Shown here: positions 29,368 to 40,197 of the stretch, in pieces
Numbering within the stretch: position 1 is the first letter of the stretch
Layout: every line of letters begins with the position of its first letter
NCBI GenBank assembly: GCA_963663615.1
Contig: OY760517.1
Coordinates: forward strand, 1,193,042-1,257,041
Reading direction: 5' to 3'
Source of the DNA: Melioribacteraceae bacterium
GTDB lineage: Bacteria; Bacteroidota; Ignavibacteria; Ignavibacteriales; Melioribacteraceae
DNA: 64,000 nucleotides
Made by a program: the position numbers and the translations under genes
Notes under the pieces: model-generated
The model's database searches: none
Told to the model about the DNA's origin: nothing
Seen by the model: the letters and a program-made list of their open reading frames with translations, nothing else

Positions 29368-29607
29368 TAATTCCCCTAATATTGTTGCTAATTAACACCT
29401 GTCAAGATACTAAATATTCTGCTATTACAGAAGTATTTCTATGTTAACAAGTTTTTAGTTATAGTCAATTATCGAATGGAAATTTATTTATTGAATTAGT
29501 TTTAGTGATTAAATTTTGAGTTAGTTGTAAATTAAAATAATGATGCTTTTAAGGAATAATTTCAATATCTTTCTACAACTTTATTTAATCAATAAACTGT
29601 CCGAACA

Positions 29608-31014
29608 TTGCCAGATTCATTATACATTTTAACTGATCACAGAAAAAAATCATTTTATCTGTTTGCAGTACTTTTAGCACTAATATGCACTATTCACATT
29701 TATGCACCGGTAGCTCTGGCAGCATTGGGGGCATCTTTATATATTTTCAACAAGTATCCGTATAAATTCCCGTTATTTATTGTTATTGCATTGTACTTTT
29801 TAATTACCAGCGATCTAAATGAACAATTGCGTGTAGTAATTAACTATTCTGGTATTCTGGTATTTACGATAATGTATTTGTTCAAGTTTGGTTTAAGTAT
29901 TCAGCCAATAAGGGAAATACCCGAGAAACTAAAACAGTTAGCTTTGCTTACTTTGTTAGCAATGGGTGTATCAGCTCTCTTTTCAGCAAACGTTTCGTTT
30001 TCAATGGTATATATACTCAAGCAGATAATTTTCTTTTACATTTGTGCAATTATTTATTCTTTTTTAAGGGATGAAGATTACAGATACTTTTTGACCGATA
30101 CAATAATTGTAATTGGTGTTATACTTGCGGCAAGTACAGTTTACGAGGTAACTTCTGTTCTATCAAACGTTTCGAGTTTGCTTGAAGCGGGTGCATTACG
30201 TTTTAGCGGATTATATGGAAATCCTAACGCTGTTGGGTTGTTTCTTGCAGTAGCCATTCCTCTTATGGTTCAGGCTGTACTTGCAAATAAAAACGAAAGG
30301 ATACGGTTGGTTTACATTGCTGCACTGGCGTTAAGTGTTTTGGCTATGCTGCTAACAAATTCACGTGCTTCTTTGGGAGCCATTCTTGTAGCGGGGTTAT
30401 ATCTTGTGTTTCATTTTAACAGAAAATTATTTTACAGGTTTATTGTTGCTGGTATTCTGTTATTCGTTGTGCTTCTGATGTTCGAAAAAACCAGGGATAT
30501 ATTTCTGCTTTTCATTCGATTCGAGAGGATTTTTGAAAATATTCGTGGTTACTACTGGCAGATTGCATGTGATATTATTGGTGACCATCCTTTATTCGGT
30601 ATTGGTCCGGGTATGTTTCCAAATTATATATACGATTATTTGCCCGTTAAGATGGGAACCTTCGATGAGTTTCAGTTAGACTGGGCTTCAAGCGGAACAA
30701 CTCATAACTTTTTCTTGTTCAGGCAAACAGAACTGGGCATATTGGGCACAATAAATACCATTTTTTTTGTCTATCTGTTTTTCTACATTACGAACAAAAG
30801 TCAAAGGTTGTTGGAATACAAAAGCAAAGGATATTTTTTGATATTGGGAATTAAAGCTGCGGGAATAGGACTGTTTGTTCGCGGATTTCTTGAAACCCCC
30901 GGATTGCTTACCCATGGCTGGATTACCAGAGACTTACCATTTTGGCTTATCTTTATGATTGCAATCGCAACTTATTACGATACCCTTCAATTAAAAAGGA
31001 AATCTATAGAATAA
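29608..31014 (+). CDS. O-antigen ligase/polymerase-like (Wzy_C) membrane protein
   Basis: More than 10 TM helices, with a central RFSGLYGNPNAVG...LTNSRASLGA loop typical of the family. TTG start is uncertain. Confidence 0.6.
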   Translation: MPDSLYILTDHRKKSFYLFAVLLALICTIHIYAPVALAALGASLYIFNKYPYKFPLFIVIALYFLITSDLNEQLRVVINYSGILVFTIMYLFKFGLSIQPIREIPEKLKQLALLTLLAMGVSALFSANVSFSMVYILKQIIFFYICAIIYSFLRDEDYRYFLTDTIIVIGVILAASTVYEVTSVLSNVSSLLEAGALRFSGLYGNPNAVGLFLAVAIPLMVQAVLANKNERIRLVYIAALALSVLAMLLTNSRASLGAILVAGLYLVFHFNRKLFYRFIVAGILLFVVLLMFEKTRDIFLLFIRFERIFENIRGYYWQIACDIIGDHPLFGIGPGMFPNYIYDYLPVKMGTFDEFQLDWASSGTTHNFFLFRQTELGILGTINTIFFVYLFFYITNKSQRLLEYKSKGYFLILGIKAAGIGLFVRGFLETPGLLTHGWITRDLPFWLIFMIAIATYYDTLQLKRKSIE

Positions 31015-31063
31015 TTTCTACTGTGTTTACAGCAAATAAATAAACTGAAGGAAACTGGTTATT

Positions 31064-34000
31064 ATGAAAAAAGCATTTTTACTGTTTGCTCTTTTATCTT
31101 CATTTCTTTTCGCCCAGAATTTAAAAGTGCTTAAATCAACAAATGATTATGTAGATGTACAAGTTGATTTTGGTAACTCCTACTTTCTTGGTGATACTGT
31201 AATTAATGATATTGAATATGATTATGTTACAAGTTCTGATCCCATTTTGGCTGATGCGGGTTCACCGGCATTGCCAATTTATACTTTTAAGATGGGTATT
31301 CCTCATAATGCTGAAGTATCAGTAAAAATATTAAAAATAGACGATTTTACTTTTGATAACAAGTTTATTCTTCCCCAACCAAGTATGGCTCTTACCGAAG
31401 AGGGTGTTGATGACAAACTTAATTTTAACAAGGAAGTTTACTCAACGAATTCATACTTCCCCAAAGAAATTTCTTCTTTAAGTGGTACATATGTATATCG
31501 TCTCTCAAATATTGCTTCCATAGCCGTTTCACCATATCAGTTCAACCCTGTTACGAGAAAGCTTAAATACAATAAAACTGTTAATGTAAGGGTTTATATA
31601 AAATCCGGTTCAATGAACAACATTAGCAATGTTGCTGATTATGATATGAAAACTGATGAGATGTTAAAAAAATCAGTTGTAAATTATAATCAGGCTCAAA
31701 AATGGACGGGCTTAATTAAGCCTGAAAAGACAAATGTTGCTACAGACTGGTATAATCCAACTAATGTTTATGCCAAAATATTTGTGCAGGAAAAAGGAAT
31801 TTACAGAGTTTATTATGACCAGCTGGATAGTCTTGGATATCAGATGAATAGTATCATGTCTGATAATTTAAGATTGTTTTGCAATGGTGAAGAGGTGCCA
31901 ATACAAGTTTTTGATGGTGAAAACAAAATATTTAGTTCAGGAGATTATTTTCAGTTTGTTGGATTTCCTCCAAAAGCAACCGAATATGCAAGACAAAATA
32001 TTTATAATACAAAAAATGTTTACTGGTTAACCTACGATCCGGATTCGACCGGATTAAGGTATCAGCGTGTAGATGGTTATCCGGTTAATGAGCAAATTAA
32101 ATTACAGAACACTAATGAAGTGATTCATCTTGAAGAGGATCTTCTATTTGAAAGATTTGGTCATGCAGAAGATCTTAACAGAGATAACTGGCAATGGGCT
32201 GTAGTGAGTGGAAGAGATGGTTCACCAGTTAAAAGTTTCACCGCACAGTTCAGATTTCCAGCCAACTGGAATAGTGACAATAAAAATGTGAAGCTCACTT
32301 ATAGTGTTCATGGAATGGAAAAAACAAGCCATAATCCTGAGTTTAGGTTACTTTCTCAAGATATTGGAGATTTCTATTTTACTGGTCAGGAAAGTATTGA
32401 GTATTCTTTTGAACGTGATCTGGATTCATTTTCTCTGGCACCTACTATAAATCTTCAGGTAATAACCCGTGGAGGAAATTACGCATCAACAGACGAAATT
32501 AGAGTTAACTGGATTGATATTAAGTACAATAGATTAAACCGTGTTTTTGGCAATTATTTTGCAATTAATTCACCACAGGATGCACTGAACAGAAGAGCTA
32601 TGTATGAAGTGTGGAGATGGTATGGTGATAGCCTTTGGGTTTATATTCCGGGAACTAATGAGTTGCTTACCAATACCAGACGCCTTAATAACGAGTACCA
32701 AACCTTTCAGTTTATGCATACGGCTACTGAACCACAGGAGTATTTCTGTTTTGATGATGGATACTATTCAGTGCCTGATTCGTTTTCTCTGAATTCAAAC
32801 TCTGATCTATTAAGTACCAGCAACGGTGCCGATTATATAATAATTACACATCCCGATTTTATGGAAGCTGCTGAACAACTTGCTGAATTCAGGAGAAATA
32901 ATCTTGATGGATTTGACAATCCTCGTGTTAAAATTGTAAATGTTTTTGATATTTATAATGAGTTTTCTTTCGGCTTGCTTGACCCCGAAGCAATAAGAGA
33001 ATTTACCATACATGCCTTTTTTTCTTGGCAATTACCACGCCCTTCCTATGTAGCTCTTTTGGGTGATATGAGTTGGGATTACCGTGGACTTTTAGAGGAT
33101 AGCAGGAAGAATTATCTCCCTTCTATGGCTACTAAAACTTACGAACATGGCTACACTGTTGCCGATAACCTCTACGCTGCAGTTTCCGGTGATGATGTTA
33201 TGCCTGATATGGCAATCGGACGTATTTCTTGTGAAACGCCGGAGGAAGCCCAATTATTGGTTGATAAAATTGTAAATTATCCAAATGATCCGGGTAAAGA
33301 GTGGGTTCAAAATACGTTACTTATTGGTGCAGGACAAAATACCGGTGATGAACAGAGTAAGGGTTTTAACGATCAATCACTCTTCCTTGATAATAACTAT
33401 ATTCAGGAAGTTGGGTTTAATTCAACAAAAGTTTTTTATTTCCCTAATAAAGAATCACATGAACCTTTTAAGGGCGGTACTCCTGAAATAAGGCAAGGTT
33501 TTAATGATGGTTGTATAATGGCTAACTTTTACGGACATGGTGGCGGTTATCAGTGGGATGCAGTTTTCCTTAATGACGATATTTACCTGCTGGAAAATGA
33601 AGGACGTATGCCATTTGTAACCAGTATTACATGTTATACTGCACATTTCGATAACCAAAAAGTTTTTGGTGAAAACTTTAATCTCGCTGCCGGCAGAGGG
33701 TCAATTGGGTTTTTTGGACATACCGGAATTACCTTGTGGAATTATGGTGTGGATATGAACAAGAGGCTCTATAACTATTTGTTCCTTGAAGGTGAAGAAG
33801 TTTTAGGTGATGCTGTACTGTTAGCCAAAACTAACTTTAACGGTATTCTTACAAATAATACAAAAGATCATCTAAATTGTTTAACATTGCTTGGTGATCC
33901 GGCTCTTAAACTTGCCTTGCCAGAATATGCCGACTTTGCTGTTGGAACAAGTAATATTAGTATTAATCCTTCAACACCACTGGTTGATGATTCAACAAAC

Positions 34001-36760
34001 GTTTATGTTGACATCAATAATATTGGTCGGTATATAGATACTGATTCAGTATATGTAAGACTTGAAGCCACTGGTCCTGATACAAGTTTTGTTTTGGGTA
34101 CGAAGAAAATTGCAAGCTTCAGAGATCGCGATACACTTGAATTTGGATTTACCCCAAGAAAGGATGGAATTTTTACTTTTACCGCCAGTGTAAATATGCA
34201 AAACCAAATTGAAGAAATTGATTTTAGTGATAATATCGCTTCGGCTAACTTTGCAGTATTTAGTATTGCGGAACCTAGTTTGGTTAAACCGTATGATGGT
34301 GCGGTTGTTAAATCAGATAATTTTGAGGTTACAATAGCAGATGTTGCAGAATATGTTGAAAGAAATTTAACCTATTATGTTGAAATAGATACCAGTTTGG
34401 AATTTAATGATCCAATGTATCAATCTGCCGAGTTGATCCCTGAAAAAAATGGAGTTCTTGAATATGCTCCATCTATATCTGCAGGCAAATATTTCTTGAG
34501 ATCACGTATCAGGGAAGGTGAAAAATACTCTTACTGGTCTCCAACAATAACCTTTACTATATCGGATAACAATGATGAAAAAGGTTATCACATAAATGAA
34601 AACCAGCTAAAAATACTTAACTATTCAAATATGCAGTATAATGAATCAATATCTGCTATGGTAATGAACAGAACAAACAATCCGCCCGAACCAAAAGGAA
34701 CATCTATTCTTGATGAAATGATGATGGATACACTTATGCCAGCAGATGTTCACTCATTAACTGCTATCGCTACTGATGGTTCCTATATTTATTTCGGGCA
34801 TATGGGTTATTTTGGAGTTGCTTATGATAACTTTGATGAAGCGACACCAATCTACAAAGTTGGTACCGGTTATAATGGTACTACCAGGGGAGTGGTTGAA
34901 GGACCAATTAGTGAGAACAGAGTTCCTATATGGAAATCAATGTTTCATTTGGATGGAGCATTGTATTTTGCACAGTTAGACCCTAATTTTATTATGAAAC
35001 TTGATTTAGCAACCGGTGATACATCATCAATTTATGTACCGGCAGGATTTTATGACGATCTTAATACATTGGTTCAAACCGGTGGATCGTACGTACAGTC
35101 GGATGGTCGTTATGTATATAACCTGGCATTTAAGGATACGCTCGATGAGTATTATTACACAATGAGAATGTTTGACCCTTATAATGAATGGGAGCAGGTT
35201 GGCGATGATATTGTGTTAACCGGTAGCAGTTATGAAGGTTTTTCAGGATTTTTTATAGCTGAAGGAATTTTGTATGTATTCGAAAAAAATATTTCGAACT
35301 ATGTTAGACAGTATAGTCTGGAAACTCATATATATATAAATGAATGGAAAATTTATGGTAACAGTCGCTTTGACGGCTTCTACACTTATTGTTATGACCG
35401 TGTTAATGATAAGGTTTATGGTAGCACGCACTATGGCAGCAAACCAAAGAAATTTTCAATATTCAGAGGTACATATAACGAGGGTTTAGCCTCAATCGAA
35501 ACCCCACAGATAGGTCCGGCAAGTGAATGGGGAAATATTAACTATAACATTGATTCCGAAAACTCGTTGGGGGTTTACAATGTTAAACTTACAGGCAGAA
35601 ATGTGAGCACCAATTCCTGGGTAGTTATTGAAGATACTTTGGATGGTAACTATACTCCGGATGATTCGTTGAATGGAAAGTATGACTATCTGAAAATGAA
35701 CTTTGATCTTAAAGATAATTCCGAAGGAGATAACAAAAAACTATCACTCCATGAAATAAATGTTCAATATACTTCATTTCCCGAAATTATTGTATCTGAA
35801 GGCTATTTCAGATTTGCACCTGACTCGTTATTACAAGGTTTTGATCTTTATCTTGAACTCGACATAAAAAATGTTGGTGATGCCAAGGCAAATAATGTAA
35901 AAATAGACCTTTCCCTTAATGATGCTGATTCTGCATTCTACTCAACAAACATTGATATTGATGCGAACACAGAAATTACATTGAATGATACAATCAATAC
36001 ATCCACTTTATTATTTGATAATACTGTTAAAGTAAATGTTGAATCGGCAACTCCGGAATTATATACGTTTAATAATATCGCTAAAAATTCATTTTATGTA
36101 TCCCGGGATTCGCTCATTCCAACATTTGATATTAGTTTTGATGGTAGAGAAATAATTGATGGCGATTTGGTATCATCCCGCCCCGAAGTGCTCATAACAC
36201 TTAAAGATAATAGTCCGTTGCCACTTGTAGCCGAGAACTTCTACATTTATTATGATCATGCTGAATTGCAGGTGCAGGCAAAGGATTCGATGCAGTTTAA
36301 CTATACACCATACCCTGATTCGAAGGCGGAAATAACCTGGACTCCATTAATGAATGACGGACCGCATCGTCTTGAAGTTCTTGCAAAAGATGCTTCAAAC
36401 AACTTTTTTGATTCAACCCAATATGTAATTACATTCAGGGTAGATACTGAAAACAAAATTGAAGATATTTATAATTATCCAAATCCATTTACAGACGATA
36501 CATGGTTTACGTTTACCTTAACCGGTTCTGAAACTCCGCAGGAATTGCAGATCAGAATATATACAGTTACAGGAAGACTAATTCGTGTAATTGATGTGAT
36601 GCCAAATGAAATGGAAATCAAACTTTTAAACAAGATTTACTGGGACGGAAGAGACCAGGATGGTGATACGATTGCTAACGGTGTATATTTGTATAAAGTA
36701 ATTGCAAAATATCCTGATAAAAATATCACTGAAATCAAAAAACTCGCCAAGGTGAAATAA
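31064..36760 (+). CDS. Peptidase C25 (gingipain-family) multidomain protein with T9SS C-terminal domain
   Basis: Signal peptide. The catalytic region (nt ~32816-33914) has ADYIIITHPDF, YVALLGD, NFYGHGG (His) and SITCYTAHF (Cys). C-terminal NYPNPFTDDTWFTF...IYWDGRDQDGDTIANGVYLYKV is a FlgD-Ig/T9SS sorting domain. Confidence 0.8.
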   Translation: MKKAFLLFALLSSFLFAQNLKVLKSTNDYVDVQVDFGNSYFLGDTVINDIEYDYVTSSDPILADAGSPALPIYTFKMGIPHNAEVSVKILKIDDFTFDNKFILPQPSMALTEEGVDDKLNFNKEVYSTNSYFPKEISSLSGTYVYRLSNIASIAVSPYQFNPVTRKLKYNKTVNVRVYIKSGSMNNISNVADYDMKTDEMLKKSVVNYNQAQKWTGLIKPEKTNVATDWYNPTNVYAKIFVQEKGIYRVYYDQLDSLGYQMNSIMSDNLRLFCNGEEVPIQVFDGENKIFSSGDYFQFVGFPPKATEYARQNIYNTKNVYWLTYDPDSTGLRYQRVDGYPVNEQIKLQNTNEVIHLEEDLLFERFGHAEDLNRDNWQWAVVSGRDGSPVKSFTAQFRFPANWNSDNKNVKLTYSVHGMEKTSHNPEFRLLSQDIGDFYFTGQESIEYSFERDLDSFSLAPTINLQVITRGGNYASTDEIRVNWIDIKYNRLNRVFGNYFAINSPQDALNRRAMYEVWRWYGDSLWVYIPGTNELLTNTRRLNNEYQTFQFMHTATEPQEYFCFDDGYYSVPDSFSLNSNSDLLSTSNGADYIIITHPDFMEAAEQLAEFRRNNLDGFDNPRVKIVNVFDIYNEFSFGLLDPEAIREFTIHAFFSWQLPRPSYVALLGDMSWDYRGLLEDSRKNYLPSMATKTYEHGYTVADNLYAAVSGDDVMPDMAIGRISCETPEEAQLLVDKIVNYPNDPGKEWVQNTLLIGAGQNTGDEQSKGFNDQSLFLDNNYIQEVGFNSTKVFYFPNKESHEPFKGGTPEIRQGFNDGCIMANFYGHGGGYQWDAVFLNDDIYLLENEGRMPFVTSITCYTAHFDNQKVFGENFNLAAGRGSIGFFGHTGITLWNYGVDMNKRLYNYLFLEGEEVLGDAVLLAKTNFNGILTNNTKDHLNCLTLLGDPALKLALPEYADFAVGTSNISINPSTPLVDDSTNVYVDINNIGRYIDTDSVYVRLEATGPDTSFVLGTKKIASFRDRDTLEFGFTPRKDGIFTFTASVNMQNQIEEIDFSDNIASANFAVFSIAEPSLVKPYDGAVVKSDNFEVTIADVAEYVERNLTYYVEIDTSLEFNDPMYQSAELIPEKNGVLEYAPSISAGKYFLRSRIREGEKYSYWSPTITFTISDNNDEKGYHINENQLKILNYSNMQYNESISAMVMNRTNNPPEPKGTSILDEMMMDTLMPADVHSLTAIATDGSYIYFGHMGYFGVAYDNFDEATPIYKVGTGYNGTTRGVVEGPISENRVPIWKSMFHLDGALYFAQLDPNFIMKLDLATGDTSSIYVPAGFYDDLNTLVQTGGSYVQSDGRYVYNLAFKDTLDEYYYTMRMFDPYNEWEQVGDDIVLTGSSYEGFSGFFIAEGILYVFEKNISNYVRQYSLETHIYINEWKIYGNSRFDGFYTYCYDRVNDKVYGSTHYGSKPKKFSIFRGTYNEGLASIETPQIGPASEWGNINYNIDSENSLGVYNVKLTGRNVSTNSWVVIEDTLDGNYTPDDSLNGKYDYLKMNFDLKDNSEGDNKKLSLHEINVQYTSFPEIIVSEGYFRFAPDSLLQGFDLYLELDIKNVGDAKANNVKIDLSLNDADSAFYSTNIDIDANTEITLNDTINTSTLLFDNTVKVNVESATPELYTFNNIAKNSFYVSRDSLIPTFDISFDGREIIDGDLVSSRPEVLITLKDNSPLPLVAENFYIYYDHAELQVQAKDSMQFNYTPYPDSKAEITWTPLMNDGPHRLEVLAKDASNNFFDSTQYVITFRVDTENKIEDIYNYPNPFTDDTWFTFTLTGSETPQELQIRIYTVTGRLIRVIDVMPNEMEIKLLNKIYWDGRDQDGDTIANGVYLYKVIAKYPDKNITEIKKLAKVK

Positions 36761-37025
36761 GGCTAATATACCTTGCAGTTTTAATATTTAACATTGATTA
36801 GCTATTGTATTGTTGGGGAATTTTTGTAAATTAAGATATATATTACCAAACAATTGAATTAAACATGGATGCAAAAAACAACATATTATTTTTTCCTGAT
36901 ATACAGTTTAATAAACTGTTGTTGCGTCCATGCCCCGACCATTAACTCCTTTTGTCACACTTTCTTATTCTTCCGTTTTTATATTAGAAATACTATTCGT
37001 TTAACTAATTTAAAGGAAATATACT

Positions 37026-38858
37026 ATGTGTGGTATAGTGGGTTATATTGGAGGTAAAAACTCCGTTCCAATTTTAATTGAAGGGCTAAAAAGGCTGGAA
37101 TACAGAGGTTATGATTCAGCCGGTGTGGGTGTTCTTGATAATGGCAAGATAGATGTTGTGAAGAGCAAGGGGAAAGTATCCCTGCTTGAGGAAAAAGTTG
37201 AGGCACACAAGTTAGCTGCCAATATTGGTATTGGACATACGCGCTGGGCAACTCATGGCGTACCTAATGAAGTTAATGCACATCCTCATCCTAATATGGA
37301 TGGCGACCTGGTTGTAATTCATAATGGAATTATAGAAAACTACGCAGTTTTGAAGGAAACTCTTAAAAACAAAGGTTACGAGTTTAAAAGTGATACCGAT
37401 TCAGAGGTTATCGCAATGTTGGTTGACAGTTTCCTAAAGCTTGGCAATAACCTGTTTCATGCAGTTAGGGTTGCACTTAATAGTGTAGAAGGTACTTACG
37501 GATTAGCTGTAATTTCAGAAAGGGAGCCAGATAAAATTATAGTTGCGAGAAAGGGTTCGCCACTTGTGCTTGGTATTGGAGATGGAGAAAACTTTATTGC
37601 TTCCGATGTTAACGCTCTTATAGCACATACCAGCAGTGTTGTTTACCTGGAAGATAACGAAATTGCCGAGGTTTATGCGGACAGGTTTATTGCTAAAACT
37701 ATTACCGATGAAGAAGCTATTAAGGTAATAACCGAAGTTGATATGTCACCAGAACAAATCTCAAAAGGTGGCTTTGATCACTTCATGCTTAAGGAGATAA
37801 TGGAGCAGCCTGAATCGTGTATGAATGCTATGCGAGGAAGATTGTTGCATGATGAAGGTATTGTAAAACTTGGGGGTTTGCAGGGTTTTGAGGATAAATT
37901 TGCTGCAAGTAAAAGAATAATAATAACTGCTTGCGGTACATCATGGCATGCCGGTTTGGTTGGTGAATATATGTTTGAACAGTTTGCCAATATACCTGTT
38001 GAAGTTGAGTATGCTTCCGAGTTCAGATACCGTAATCCTATTGTACGCGAAACAGATACAATAATATTTATTTCGCAAAGTGGCGAAACTGCCGATACCC
38101 TTGCAGCTATGCGTGAGGCTAAAAGACGCGGGGCTCTTTGTCTGGGTATTGTTAATGCTGTTGGTAGTTCTATTGCTCGCGACTCTCATGCTGGTAGTTA
38201 CACACATGCTGGTCCCGAAATAGGTGTTGCTTCTACAAAAGCATTTACATCGCAATTAATTGTACTTGCACTATTTACACTTATGATTGCCCGTAAAAAA
38301 CAAATGAGTGTGGTGGATGGACAGAGTATTTTACGTGAACTTGAAGCTATTCCGGGCAAAATTGAAGAGATACTAAAACTTAATGATCATATAGAAAAAA
38401 TTGCTGAAGAATATAAAAATGCTGATAACTTTCTTTACCTGGGTAGGGGATACAACTTCCCGGTTGCTCTGGAAGGAGCCTTAAAACTTAAGGAAATATC
38501 ATATATTCATGCCGAAGGGTATCCGGCTGCGGAGATGAAACACGGTCCAATTGCTCTTATCGACGAAAACATGCCTTCGGTATTTATTACACCGCAGGAT
38601 TCGGTTTACGAAAAGGTGATTAGCAATATTGAAGAGGTTAAGGCAAGAAAGGGACGAATTATAGCAATTGCAAGTGAACACGATACAAAAATAGATAATT
38701 TAGTTGACCATGTTATTAAAATTCCAGACACAATAAGGATGTTAATGCCAATACTTACAGCTATTCCGTTGCAATTATTGGCATATCATATAGCAGTCAA
38801 GAAGGGACTTGATGTTGATCAGCCCCGTAATCTTGCTAAGTCCGTAACCGTTGAATAA
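37026..38858 (+). CDS. glmS: Glutamine--fructose-6-phosphate aminotransferase
   Basis: MCGIVGYIG N-terminal nucleophile, two SIS domains, C-terminal DQPRNLAKSVTVE. Confidence 0.97.
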   Translation: MCGIVGYIGGKNSVPILIEGLKRLEYRGYDSAGVGVLDNGKIDVVKSKGKVSLLEEKVEAHKLAANIGIGHTRWATHGVPNEVNAHPHPNMDGDLVVIHNGIIENYAVLKETLKNKGYEFKSDTDSEVIAMLVDSFLKLGNNLFHAVRVALNSVEGTYGLAVISEREPDKIIVARKGSPLVLGIGDGENFIASDVNALIAHTSSVVYLEDNEIAEVYADRFIAKTITDEEAIKVITEVDMSPEQISKGGFDHFMLKEIMEQPESCMNAMRGRLLHDEGIVKLGGLQGFEDKFAASKRIIITACGTSWHAGLVGEYMFEQFANIPVEVEYASEFRYRNPIVRETDTIIFISQSGETADTLAAMREAKRRGALCLGIVNAVGSSIARDSHAGSYTHAGPEIGVASTKAFTSQLIVLALFTLMIARKKQMSVVDGQSILRELEAIPGKIEEILKLNDHIEKIAEEYKNADNFLYLGRGYNFPVALEGALKLKEISYIHAEGYPAAEMKHGPIALIDENMPSVFITPQDSVYEKVISNIEEVKARKGRIIAIASEHDTKIDNLVDHVIKIPDTIRMLMPILTAIPLQLLAYHIAVKKGLDVDQPRNLAKSVTVE

Positions 38859-38870
38859 ACAGGAGTTAGT

Positions 38871-40190
38871 ATGTCTAAAAAAAACGTTCTTATTATGGGT
38901 GCCGCAGGGCGCGATTTTCATAACTTTAATGTATTCTTCCGTGATAACGAAGAATACAATGTAGTTGCTTTTACAGCTACTCAGATACCAAATATTGACG
39001 GAAGGATATATCCGGCTGAACTTGCCGGTAAACTTTATCCGGAAGGTATCAAAATTTATGAAGAAGCACAGCTTGTTGGTCTCATAAAAGAATTGAATGT
39101 TCATGAAGTTGTCTTTTCATATTCCGATGTAACAATGGAATATGTTATGACAAAAGCGTCGATCGTAAATGCAGCCGGTTGTTCTTTCCGTTTGCTTGGG
39201 GGAGCAGAAACACAGATTGAATCAGTAAAACCGGTAATAGCTGTTCTTGCTGTAAGAACAGGATGTGGTAAGTCACAAACCTCAAGGAAGTTAGTTAAGG
39301 TATTGCGAGATGCCGGTAAACGTGTTGTTGCCATTCGTCATCCAATGCCTTACGGTGATTTGGTTAAACAGAAAGTTCAGCGTTTCGCTACCCTTGAAGA
39401 TCTCAAAAAGCATGAATGTACTATTGAAGAGATTGAAGAATATGAACCTCATATTGCACTTGGCGGAATTATTTATTCCGGAGTAGATTACGAGGCAATT
39501 CTTCGCGAAGCTGAAAAGGAGGCTGATGTTATTCTTTGGGATGGCGGTAATAATGATATGTCGTTCTACAAAGCTGATCTTACCTTTACAGTGGTTGATC
39601 CTCACAGACCGGGACACGAATTATATTACTATCCTGGTAATACTTCATTGAGAATGGCTGATGTAGCTGTTGTTAACAAAATTGATTCGGCAGATGCTGA
39701 CGATATTCTTGAAGTATTGGAAAACATTAAGGATGTTAATCCTGATGCTACAATAATTGAGGCTGCTTCTCCGTTATCAGTTGAAGACCCTTCTGTTATC
39801 AGAAACAAAAAGGTATTGGTAATTGAAGACGGTCCAACGCTAACACACGGTGAAATGACGTTTGGTGCGGGTACTGTTGCAGCACAGAAACTTGGTGCAG
39901 CCGAATTGGTTGATCCTCGTCCGTTTACTGTAAAATCAATAACCGCTACTTACGAAAAATATCCTGATATAGGAATATTGCTTCCTGCAATGGGGTATGG
40001 TGAGCAGCAGATGAAAGACCTTGAAGAAACAATTAATAGAACCGAATGCGATTCAGTAGTAATTGGTACTCCAATTGATCTTGGCAGAATACTTAACATA
40101 AATAAGCCTTCAACAAGAGTTCAGTACGAATTGCAGGAAATTGGTGATATAACGGTTGAAACTATCTTAAAAGATAAAAAAATAATATAG
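38871..40190 (+). CDS. P-loop protein of the predicted-GTPase / cyclic-2,3-diphosphoglycerate-synthetase-like family (COG2403-like)
   Basis: N-terminal MGAAGRDFHNFNVFFRDN and Walker A-like RTGCGKSQT (nt 39255-39281). The family assignment is from memory of the signature. Confidence 0.5.
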   Translation: MSKKNVLIMGAAGRDFHNFNVFFRDNEEYNVVAFTATQIPNIDGRIYPAELAGKLYPEGIKIYEEAQLVGLIKELNVHEVVFSYSDVTMEYVMTKASIVNAAGCSFRLLGGAETQIESVKPVIAVLAVRTGCGKSQTSRKLVKVLRDAGKRVVAIRHPMPYGDLVKQKVQRFATLEDLKKHECTIEEIEEYEPHIALGGIIYSGVDYEAILREAEKEADVILWDGGNNDMSFYKADLTFTVVDPHRPGHELYYYPGNTSLRMADVAVVNKIDSADADDILEVLENIKDVNPDATIIEAASPLSVEDPSVIRNKKVLVIEDGPTLTHGEMTFGAGTVAAQKLGAAELVDPRPFTVKSITATYEKYPDIGILLPAMGYGEQQMKDLEETINRTECDSVVIGTPIDLGRILNINKPSTRVQYELQEIGDITVETILKDKKII

Positions 40191-40197
40191 GGAGACA

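Noticed and set aside
36761-37025. Possible glmS ribozyme in the 265-nt leader upstream of glmS
   Set aside because: The region is very AT-rich. It lacks the GC-rich core helices and conserved segments I remember for the glmS ribozyme. Only a simple ACAGTTT/AAACTGT hairpin (~36903-36920) is visible. A cmscan with Rfam RF00234 would settle it.
36869-37057. 62-aa ORF overlapping the glmS start
   Set aside because: It is Cys- and Phe-rich low-complexity sequence in an AT-rich leader. It overlaps the unambiguous MCGIVG start of glmS.
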